IMG/VR virus record: IMGVR_UViG_3300033273_000282
Location: 64,001 to 128,000 of that record
DNA from: a virus
Lineage: Duplodnaviria; Caudoviricetes
Length of the DNA stretch: 64,000 nucleotides
Direction: 5' to 3' (one strand)
Shown: positions 44,595-53,000 of the stretch, piece by piece
Numbering within the stretch: position 1 is the stretch's first letter
Layout: every line of letters begins with the position of its first letter
Notes under the pieces: model-generated
Seen by the model: the letters and a program-made list of their open reading frames with translations, nothing else
Told to the model about the DNA's origin: nothing
Database searches by the model: none
Program-made: the position numbers and the translations under genes

Positions 44595-44841
44595 TCATGT
44601 GGGCAGCACTGACTAAACCCCGCTCTCCATCCTACCACCGACGCGCCATGCTTAAGGTTGCCCTGATCGCCCTTGTCCTCTATGTTGCCTGGGAGCCAAT
44701 CCGTCCCCTTCGGGTGATCACCGCTGATATCATCCTGGCAGCACAGCACGAGCTCAGGAAGTAGGGCAGTCGGCAAGGTGTCCCCTCTGCCGCTGGATTG
44801 GCAGGGGGAGCGCCTAGGATACATACAACAAAGCAAAGCAC

Positions 44842-45063
44842 ATGAACCACACCTTCGCAGTCCAACCCGCAGCATGGGGCAAGTTCGATCCTCACGGGTG
44901 CGACTGGGCAACGGACATCAACCACGCCTACCGCATCGCTAAGCAATGGGGCGAATCCTGCATGATCTGGATGTGCCCCCCTTCTGGTGATCCGATCCGT
45001 TGGTGCCGCGCCGATGCCAACACGAACGCCATCGCTGATCTGGTCTTTGGGGTTGACCGCTGA
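44842..45063 (+). CDS. Small conserved hypothetical protein
   Basis: FAVQPAAWG.FDPHG.DWA.....AYRIAK.WG. Confidence 0.6.
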   Translation: MNHTFAVQPAAWGKFDPHGCDWATDINHAYRIAKQWGESCMIWMCPPSGDPIRWCRADANTNAIADLVFGVDR

Positions 45064-45081
45064 CCCCAGACCCTGTACAAT
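45053..45081 (+). promoter_or_regulatory. Sigma70-type promoter
   Basis: TTGACC(45053-58)-17-TACAAT(45076-81). Confidence 0.65.
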
Positions 45082-45106
45082 ACACACAACACACACAAAC
45101 GACACG

Positions 45107-45355
45107 ATGAACGGTTGGGCAAATTACGAGACCTGGAACGCTGCCCTCTGGGTTGGCAACGACGAGTTCCTCTACAACACCGCCAAGGCGTGCGTGGAGT
45201 TCGCCGCTGAGGGTGAGAGTCCCTGGGCGAAGTTCGTCCGCTGTATGACCGACGGGCAGATCGGACGCCACCTCGTCACCACTGGCGACGGCGTGCGTTG
45301 GGATGACCCCGCCATCAACGTGGCAGAGATGGAAGACATGATGACCGACCTCTGA
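45107..45355 (+). CDS. Conserved phage early hypothetical protein
   Basis: MNGWANYETWNAALWVGNDEFLY..T.DGVRW.D. Confidence 0.75.
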   Translation: MNGWANYETWNAALWVGNDEFLYNTAKACVEFAAEGESPWAKFVRCMTDGQIGRHLVTTGDGVRWDDPAINVAEMEDMMTDL

Positions 45356-45469
45356 TCCTACCACTGACAGAGGCACTGGGGGGTTGGTCGCCCCCCGCCC
45401 CCCCTAGCTAAAAGGGACCCGCAAGCCTAATCTATAAAGTCTTGCTCTCGCCCACCCGATAGAACGTCA

Positions 45470-45931
45470 ATGCTTTTTCATAGGATCCCTATTTTCAAAA
45501 TTTTTTCCGAGAAAAAATTCCGAGTATACCTTTTTGATAACCCCAAGGAGAGTCATTCCGAGATTATCCGACTGTGTATCGCAGACTGGCTGGATGGTCG
45601 GTTAGACTGTTTTGCGCCCGCCCATGTCCATTGGAGTAAGTCCGACACAGGCACATGGCTTGCTGTTGCGGTGAGTTCCAAGCGTATTGGGGTAGACATT
45701 GAAACAATGCGAGAGCGCAACTATGAAAAAATTTCAAAAAGATTCTTTGACCCATCCGAGGTTACCGACGATATAGAAAAGTTCTACATAGAATGGGTAA
45801 GGAAAGAAGCGTACTGGAAGAAAGCTAAAAAAGGTATCGGAGGGCGCTTAGGGGTTGCTATTCCAAAAGGTCACGGTATAATTACATTAGAGGGATTACC
45901 CGACAACCTTGCTGGAGCAGTTTCACTATGA
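45470..45931 (+). CDS. 4'-phosphopantetheinyl transferase (Sfp/EntD-type)
   Basis: HWSKSDT (SxSH-like), IGVDIE, RFF...E, FY..WVRKEAYWK..K.GIG signature; start uncertain. Confidence 0.85.
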   Translation: MLFHRIPIFKIFSEKKFRVYLFDNPKESHSEIIRLCIADWLDGRLDCFAPAHVHWSKSDTGTWLAVAVSSKRIGVDIETMRERNYEKISKRFFDPSEVTDDIEKFYIEWVRKEAYWKKAKKGIGGRLGVAIPKGHGIITLEGLPDNLAGAVSL

Positions 45932-46128
45932 TCAACCTGGACGACCGCTTTCACTCATACCTCGCAGGTACAAAGCAGTTCTGTATCGACGGTATATGCG
46001 AGAGAGTGAGAACGTACGGCTTCCATTCTTCTGATGATCAAAACGTAGACGGCTTTTATGTTGTCACTGACAATCACAAGCTGATTTACAATCTACAAGA
46101 GCAGTGTATTTCCTGTGAGACTCTATGA
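45928..46128 (+). CDS. Small conserved hypothetical protein
   Basis: MINLDDRFHSYL..K.F.IDG..ERV..YG. Confidence 0.6.
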   Translation: MINLDDRFHSYLAGTKQFCIDGICERVRTYGFHSSDDQNVDGFYVVTDNHKLIYNLQEQCISCETL

Positions 46129-46292
46129 ATGAACTCGAAATGATTCTTCTACTAAAGAGTCAGGTAGAAGCACTTGAAAAGCGTTTGAATGATATGACAC
46201 TCCTCATGAAGCGCCCAGGCTCAGAGGAATATGAAAAACTCGTTGATGTCGTTTGTGACCATGAAAATCGGTTAAATAAACTTGAGGCTTAA
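46125..46292 (+). CDS. Small coiled-coil hypothetical protein
   Basis: LKSQVEALEKRL..RPGSEEYEKLVDVVCDHENRLNKLE. Confidence 0.55.
   Translation: MNELEMILLLKSQVEALEKRLNDMTLLMKRPGSEEYEKLVDVVCDHENRLNKLEA
46273..46278 (+). promoter_or_regulatory. Late promoter core TAAATA
   Basis: About 48 nt upstream of the structural gene at 46326. Confidence 0.5.
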
Positions 46293-46325
46293 AAATCGCG
46301 TAAAAACCCGCGAACTCTAAGGGTC

Positions 46326-46973
46326 ATGGCAACGTTATCAAAATCATCATTCAATGACGCCACGATAGGTGTACCATTCAGTGATTCCATTACTATTATT
46401 CCAGAAATCTGTACTGGTACCACTCTAGAGGTGTTTGTGTCAGTATCGATGACTTCGGTATCACCATCAATACCTACTGGGATCGAGCCTGGGTTGTGCC
46501 CAGGTTTTCCTGTAGGTGGATTAACATACGTACCTACAGAAACTCCTCTTAGTACCAGTCCAATATTGACCATCAATGGGACGTTTAATGAAACGTACTT
46601 TGATGAGCGTGAGTGGGAGTACAGGGACGATACAACAGGTAAGAGTATCCATACCCCTATCATTGAGTTAGAGTCTACTGAGAGCGACGGTGGACGTATC
46701 TACAACGTCACTAAGAACAGTGCTGCCAATCCATACAGTACAGGTGGTCAATTTGAAGATGAGATTCCAGATCCTTGCGACACTCTGATCAGATACAAGC
46801 CTGACTTCAGGTCACAGAGGGTTGTGACATATACATATACAGTGAACCTGCTCTGTGCGGGTGCTCCATTTACCCAAGTATTCAATATTCCTCATACTAT
46901 CCTGAATAATTGGGATCTAGGGCGCGATAAAATGAAAGATATCCTAGCAAACAAGATTAGGTACGGTACGTAA
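46326..46973 (+). CDS. Baseplate-associated structural protein
   Basis: 215 aa; precedes PAAR; G.F...F..REW.Y and Y.PD.R..V..TYTV pattern. Confidence 0.55.
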   Translation: MATLSKSSFNDATIGVPFSDSITIIPEICTGTTLEVFVSVSMTSVSPSIPTGIEPGLCPGFPVGGLTYVPTETPLSTSPILTINGTFNETYFDEREWEYRDDTTGKSIHTPIIELESTESDGGRIYNVTKNSAANPYSTGGQFEDEIPDPCDTLIRYKPDFRSQRVVTYTYTVNLLCAGAPFTQVFNIPHTILNNWDLGRDKMKDILANKIRYGT

Positions 46974-47287
46974 TGGCATCAACTCCAGCAGTACAAGGTG
47001 GTTATTCCACTGGTCATGGGTGTTTCCCCCCAACAGCCTGTATAGAAGGGTCTCCAAACGTCTTTGCGGGCGGTCAGAACGTCGCTAGAGTGGGTGACAG
47101 GTACGCTGCTCACAGTTGTGGCAACACTACACACCCTACAAGTAGCAGAAATATCACCAATGGGTCCACTACTGTCTACGTAAACGGCATTTTGTGCGGC
47201 AGATTGGGCTCAGATCACGGTTGTGGAGACGCAACAGGCAACCATGGACTGTCAGAGGGTGCTAAAAAGGTGTACATCGGGGACTGA
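46973..47287 (+). CDS. gp5.4: PAAR spike-tip protein (gp5.4-like)
   Basis: GHGCFPP, GSPNVF..G..VARVGD....HSC...H, GS.TVYVNG....R.G..CG. Confidence 0.92.
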   Translation: MASTPAVQGGYSTGHGCFPPTACIEGSPNVFAGGQNVARVGDRYAAHSCGNTTHPTSSRNITNGSTTVYVNGILCGRLGSDHGCGDATGNHGLSEGAKKVYIGD

Positions 47288-47288
47288 G

Positions 47289-47317
47289 TTGACAAAAAAC
47301 CCTTTTGGCTCTATCAT
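47289..47317 (+). promoter_or_regulatory. Sigma70-type promoter
   Basis: TTGACA(47289-94)-17-TATCAT(47312-17). Confidence 0.7.
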
Positions 47318-47345
47318 TTCTAGGTAAAACACACGAAAAACGACC

Positions 47346-47489
47346 ATGGCAAAGCGTCCTTCCCTGACTGGTGGTAAGAAAATCGAGACTAAGCCCAAGA
47401 CTACTCGCCAGGGAGACTCTAAAAACACCAAATACTCTGCTACTGCTCGTAACAAAGCGAAGAAAAAGTACCGTGGACAGGGTAAGTAG
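47346..47489 (+). CDS. Small basic conserved cyanophage protein
   Basis: MAKRPSLTGGKKIETKPKTTRQGDSKNTKYSATARNKAKKKYRGQGK. Confidence 0.7.
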   Translation: MAKRPSLTGGKKIETKPKTTRQGDSKNTKYSATARNKAKKKYRGQGK

Positions 47490-47518
47490 GTCTAAATAAC
47501 TACTCACGGAGATAGCAA

Positions 47519-47561
47519 CCTCCTAAAAAGTTCTCTTTTGAGACTTTTAGGAGGATTTTTT
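47519..47561 (+). terminator. Long hairpin plus T-run whose 3' arm contains the next gene's Shine-Dalgarno sequence
   Basis: CCTCCTAAAAAGTTCTC-TTTT-GAGACTTTTAGGAGG-ATTTTTTT; late TAAATA at 47493-98. Confidence 0.6.
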
Positions 47562-47750
47562 ATGGCTAATTCACCTGTAGACTTGGGAAAAGAGTTTATC
47601 GAGAGCGGAATGACGCTAATTACGTCTCCAGCTGCCGATAAATACCTCAATAGGGTTCGGAAAAAGCGTAATGATCCCCCACAAGACCGCCTGTCGCGTC
47701 AATGTGGTGGTAAAGACGGGTTCGACGACTATGTTGAACGCTGGGAATGA
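47562..47750 (+). CDS. Small conserved hypothetical protein
   Basis: MANSPVDLGKEFIESGMTLIT... Confidence 0.6.
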   Translation: MANSPVDLGKEFIESGMTLITSPAADKYLNRVRKKRNDPPQDRLSRQCGGKDGFDDYVERWE

Positions 47751-47797
47751 GGCACCTTTCTGAAACCTGCTAAATACATCAGGTCGAATTGTGGCAA

Positions 47798-48187
47798 ATG
47801 GCATCCACCAGCCGTTCGTTTAAGGATTTTGATCTTTCCTTTAGGAAAAATCCTGTAACGAAGGACGTTAACACCCTAAAAAACGAAGCGGCGATCAAAG
47901 AGGCTGTAAAGAACATCGTTCGTTACAACTTCTATGAGAAGCCATTTTTGCCAGCCTTTGGTGGAAACTTATATACGCCTCTTTTTGAGCTTTGGACTTC
48001 AGGTAACAAAATCCAGTTTGAGGAAAGAGTAAAAACTCTTATCAATGCTTATGAACCTCGCGTCGTATGTTATGACGTTAAAGTGAACTTCACTGAAGAC
48101 CAAAATGATCTTAACGTTGAGATCTATTATCTGATCACTGGTCTACCAAACGTTATTGACAACATCGCAGTCATCCTCAAGAAGTAA
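47798..48187 (+). CDS. gp25: Baseplate wedge subunit gp25
   Basis: FKDFDLSF..NPVT.DV..LKNE.AIKEAVKNIV...YEKPF...FG, I...EPRV; TAAATA at 47771-76. Confidence 0.93.
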   Translation: MASTSRSFKDFDLSFRKNPVTKDVNTLKNEAAIKEAVKNIVRYNFYEKPFLPAFGGNLYTPLFELWTSGNKIQFEERVKTLINAYEPRVVCYDVKVNFTEDQNDLNVEIYYLITGLPNVIDNIAVILKK

Positions 48188-50040
48188 TGGCACTTACCCA
48201 GGTAAACTCGTTAGAATTTAACGAGATCAAAGCCCAATTAAAAGCATATCTCTCTGGTCAGGATGAATTTTCTGATTATGACTTTGAAGGATCGTCCATG
48301 TCGGTCCTTTTGGACGTTCTTGCTTACAATACTTACTATTCGGCGGTCAGTTCCAACCTGATTGTCAATGAAAACTTCCTCGACAGCGCAATTTTACGCG
48401 AAAATGTCGTAAAACTGGCTAAACTGATCGGTTACACGCCCAGAAGCTACAGATCGGCGCGTGCTAACTTCACAGTTCAAGTCCAAACGCCTTATCCATA
48501 CCCACAATCGGTCCAAATCAACGCTGGAATCTTCGCAAGTTTCGTTGGCGAAGAAAATAGCAACTATATTTTCTCAATTCCCAAAGATTTGGTCGTTTCC
48601 GTGAACACTTTGAACGGAATTGCGACTTTTAATGATGTCGTTGCCTATGAGGGCATCTTCATTAAGGATACTTTTGTAAAAAACACCTCTGATCGCCAAA
48701 GATTTATTCTTGGTAACGAAAAAGCCGATACAACGACTCTAAAAGTTGAAGTTACTCGCGGTACCATAACTGACGCCTATCTTTTGGCGACTGATATTAC
48801 CAGAGTTGACAAAACTAGCAAAAACTTCTTTTTGGAAGAATCTGAGTATAGAAGATTTGAACTTATCTTCGGTGATGGCATCATCGGAGAGGCACTTTTG
48901 AATGGAGACGTGATTGAAGCGACATATTCGCTATCTAGCGGTTCTGGTGCTAACGGATTGGACGATTTTACGTTCGCTGGCACAATTAAGGACTCGGCTA
49001 ACAACCCAATCACCTCTGGAATCACTCTAACGCTCGATACACCTCCTGACGGCGGTTCTGAAGCGGAAACAGTGACTTCTATCAAGTATTCTGCTCCAAA
49101 ATTCTACTCTAGTTTCGGTAGAGCAGTAACTACGAAAGATTATGAGTCGATTATTCCTCAAATCTATCCAAACGTTCAATCTATTGTCGCATTTGGTGGA
49201 GAACAAGCAGAACCTCCAGAATACGGCAAAGTTATGATTGCCATTAAGCCTAAAAACGCAGATAAACTCTCTATCTCGGAAAAAGAGGCAGTTCTTAAGA
49301 AAATCCGTGATTATTCTGTAGGTGCGGTCGAGCCAAAGATCATAGATCCATCCGTTGTCTATATTGATCTTACCTCTTTTGTATATTTCAATCCAAACCT
49401 CACCAGACGCTCCCAGGAGGAGCTGAAACAGGTTATTTTCACAACTCTGACCTCTTTGAACCAGACGAAAGAGTTTAATAAGTTTGGAGGCAAATTTAAG
49501 TATTCCAAACTACAGAAAATTATCGATGATGCTGAAAAGTCAATTACGTCGAACATTACTCGCATCAGAATGCGTAAGAATGTCAACGTAACACTCAACC
49601 AGCGTTTTAACTACACCATTTGCTATGGTAATAGAATTAACGCTCAACTTGAATCGCCAAGTTTCCTCTCTAATGGATTTAAGAGAGTAGACGGCGGTAA
49701 TTTCATATATTATTTGAATGACGACGGTCTTGGCACCGTTAGGCTTTTTTACATCACCGATGCGGGTGCCACACAATATATTGGTGGCAACTGGGGGACT
49801 GTTGACTACGAAAGAGGCGAAATTACCATTAACGACTTGATCATTGATGAAGTTGTTGGTAGCAGCCAAAATACCCTCCAGTTCTCGGTCGTACCTGAGT
49901 CAAATGATCTCGTAGCACTCCGAGAAACCTATTTGACATTGGGTATAGATAACCTAGTGGTAAATGTAATAGATGATGAGATTGCGAGCGGTTCTAATAC
50001 CGCAGGTACAGGTATTATCCCAGAATCCAGCTATAGTTAA
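48187..50040 (+). CDS. gp6: Baseplate wedge subunit gp6
   Basis: LEFNEIKAQLKAYL..QDEFSDYDFEGS.MSVLLDVLAYNTYY, LAKLIGYTPRS, FEL.FGDG, RAVT..DY, YGKV.I.IKP. Confidence 0.97.
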   Translation: MALTQVNSLEFNEIKAQLKAYLSGQDEFSDYDFEGSSMSVLLDVLAYNTYYSAVSSNLIVNENFLDSAILRENVVKLAKLIGYTPRSYRSARANFTVQVQTPYPYPQSVQINAGIFASFVGEENSNYIFSIPKDLVVSVNTLNGIATFNDVVAYEGIFIKDTFVKNTSDRQRFILGNEKADTTTLKVEVTRGTITDAYLLATDITRVDKTSKNFFLEESEYRRFELIFGDGIIGEALLNGDVIEATYSLSSGSGANGLDDFTFAGTIKDSANNPITSGITLTLDTPPDGGSEAETVTSIKYSAPKFYSSFGRAVTTKDYESIIPQIYPNVQSIVAFGGEQAEPPEYGKVMIAIKPKNADKLSISEKEAVLKKIRDYSVGAVEPKIIDPSVVYIDLTSFVYFNPNLTRRSQEELKQVIFTTLTSLNQTKEFNKFGGKFKYSKLQKIIDDAEKSITSNITRIRMRKNVNVTLNQRFNYTICYGNRINAQLESPSFLSNGFKRVDGGNFIYYLNDDGLGTVRLFYITDAGATQYIGGNWGTVDYERGEITINDLIIDEVVGSSQNTLQFSVVPESNDLVALRETYLTLGIDNLVVNVIDDEIASGSNTAGTGIIPESSYS

Positions 50041-50046
50041 ACCCTA

Positions 50047-53000
50047 ATGGCAGTTGAAAGGTCATCTTGGCGCGTAGCGTCTTGGCAGACTCCCTCCACC
50101 CAGGTGGGAGTCTCTCCAATTGATGCTACAGTCTCACCTGAGGTTAAAGACAGGATATCTGATAGAGTTGAGGAATTCTTACCCCAATTCATCAGAGAGG
50201 ATTATCCTGATTTCATTCAGTTCCTGAAGTATTACTACAGGAGTCAGGAACTGAAGGGTAACCCCCTGGACATCATTGGGAACTTTGATGACTACTATAA
50301 TATCGACAATCTTAATGATCTTGTCGAATCTACCGTCACCTCTGGTTCCGTAAGCATTGATGCGTCTATTATTGACGTACAGAACACTAAGGACTTCCCA
50401 TCTGAGGGTTTGATCCTTATTGACGAAGAAATTATATACTACAGAGAAAAAACTAACACTCAGTTTAGAGGGTGTGTTCGTGGCTTCCATGCGACCACGA
50501 ATATTGGTCTAATTAAGGAATATACGTTTGCTGAGTCTGAACCAGCAGAACATACGTTCCAATCTGAGGTAATTAACCTCAATAACTTCTTTGCGCTGTT
50601 TATTCTCGAAAGATTCAGAACTCAGTTCTCAGAATCGTTCCCTAACAAGTTTGCCGACGGTATTAGAGATTCTTCGGTCACAAAACGACTGAAAGACTTC
50701 TATGCGGCTAAAGGAACCTCCAGATCTTTCAAATATCTGATGAGGGTTCTCTTTGGTGTAGAATCTACCATTCTATATCCAAAAGATAGAATTTTCAAGC
50801 CATCTGATGCTTACTATAGCACCAGAGAGATTATTCGCGCTAAAGCCATCTCTGGTAACCCTGTAGAACTTACAGGGGAAGTTTTGTACCAAGATGCTGA
50901 CCCAAATGATCCAAATGTAGGCAATGCCCGCATTTACGTTAAAACTGTTGTAGAGGTTTTCACCGAAGACGGTAAAATCTACGAATTGGATGTAGATACC
51001 GAAAATGGCACTGGATCCTTCACCACACCTTACAAAACTATTCTTGCTGAAGATACCAGCTCAAACTTAAGTCAAGATTTCATTACTGTTGACTCCACAC
51101 TTGGTTGGCCAGAGACTAAAGGAAGTTTCCGAATCAATAATGAAGTCTTTGAGTATGACGAGAAAACTGTTACACAATTCCTTGGTGTAACCCGTGCTAG
51201 ACAAGATACTCTAGCAGCTAACCATCTTGCTGGTTCTGAGGTTATCTCTGCCTTTGGTATTTACGGTTATTCCAATGTAGATGGCAGTAGAATTGATATT
51301 GCTGTATTTGGCGGCACTAGAGGTGTCAATCTGACCAATGGAGGCAAATATTACGTACAAGACTCTAAAGTCACTACTCCTGCCGCTCCTGGCTTCGATT
51401 CACTCGATCCTATCTGGAGTTCCTTCATTTACAACGTTAGAAAGCTTCTGACGGGTACGAAGATCGAACTTTCTTCTCCAGACTCCCAAGGAAGAGTAGA
51501 AGCACTGATCACAACCTCCAAACCCCATGGTTTGAGACGTGATGACAAAGTGGTCGTTCTTAATGCTCCAGAAGACGTTTACAACAGAGAGTTTATTGTT
51601 GTTGGTACAGCAAACGATACTCAGTTTACTGTGCGTCTCCCAGTCATTCCTATTGCTGGTGTAAACGTTGATTTCTTAGTAACTAGAGAATTTGCGAAAT
51701 CTAGTTCTACAGACACAAGTATTAACCTGAATATTAAGGATGTTCCCGCAGACATCCAGAATACTTATAGATCAGATACCCACGCTATCGTAGCGTCTTC
51801 TGGTTTGCCAAGCCATCAAATTGGTCCATTCGCCCAAGGTATTGACCTTGATCCTGGCAACCAACGCTATCTGAAGCGTATCCCACTGACTACACTTACA
51901 AAATCGACAAAAACCCCAACTCCAGTTGGTCAAGTCGGTATTGGTGTTAATGGTGTACCATTTTTCTCATATAAGTCGGAAGACTTCCGACTTTATGGTG
52001 GTGTTAAAGAAATTAGCGTAATTAACGCTGGTGATGGTTACGACATCACCAATCCCCCTATTGTGGAGTTTGAGCAACTTTGGAAACCAGGAACTAACTA
52101 TTTCCTCAACCAAAGAGTCCGCAATAGCGTAGGTAACAGATATAAAAACCTTGGCAGTGGTAAATCCGCAGAACGTGGAACTGAACCCACTGCTACTGAC
52201 GGTAGCCTTACTGTAGACGGTTCCTGCCTTTGGGAACTTGAGGGTGTCTCTGCCGAGGCAACTGTTTCGGTTTCGGGTCGAGTTTTTGCGATTAACGTAA
52301 CAAATGGTGGTCAAAATTATACCACTGCTCCTACTGTCTCTATTAGTGGTGGTAACCCTACGGTTCAGGCAGCTGCTACTGCCACTATTACTTCTGGCGT
52401 GGTCACTGCTATTAGTGTCACTGCTGAGGGTTCTGGATACACTAGCGTCCCAGTTGTCACTCTAAGTGGTGGCGGCGGTAGTGGTGCTACAGCAGAAGCC
52501 GTTGTTCGTGGCGGTCTGGAAGCAGATGGCATTACTATTACAAACCCAGGTTCTAACTATTCAGAAAGACCTTCTATCACTCTGATTTCTGGTACAGGTG
52601 CTGTAGCATATCCTTCCATTGTTAATGGGAAGATTGCTTCTATCATTCTGACATATGGTGGTAAAAACTACTATGGTCCTCCTGACGTTATCATTACTGG
52701 TGATGGTGTAGGTGCTGTGGCATTTGCTGAGATTGATTCTAATACACAGCAAGTTACTTCTATTAGAGTTACAAACGGTGGTATTGGATATACCGCTGGT
52801 AAAACATTTGTAGATATTGTATATCCTGGTACTGGCGCTTCTTTCCAAGTAGAACTGCCCATCCTCAACTATAACAAAGCCGCAACTCCAGAAGAGTTTG
52901 GATTGACAAGTGCTCAGATGACTGCGTACAAGATTGCTGATGCTGCCAGTGGCGTTTCCATTAAAGGTGCCAACTTTGCCGTATATGGCGGTGAATATGG

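Larger units (their letters stand above)
33201..44820 (+). repeat. Dispersed early-promoter module: imperfect palindrome-N29/30-(-10 box), about 13 copies
   Basis: Copies start near 33201, 36406, 38330, 39352, 39781, 40196, 40477, 42132, 42964, 43433, 43664, 44347 and 44762. Confidence 0.75.

Noticed and set aside
1528-45355. Several upstream starts given in the ORF track (1528, 6580, 18889, 33677, 40234, 40475, 42084, 44987)
   Set aside because: They run through neighbouring genes or promoter modules; downstream starts fit coupling, promoters and family N-termini better
47798-48187. gp25 as a lysozyme
   Set aside because: Legacy annotation for this family; no catalytic motif visible, so treated as a structural wedge protein
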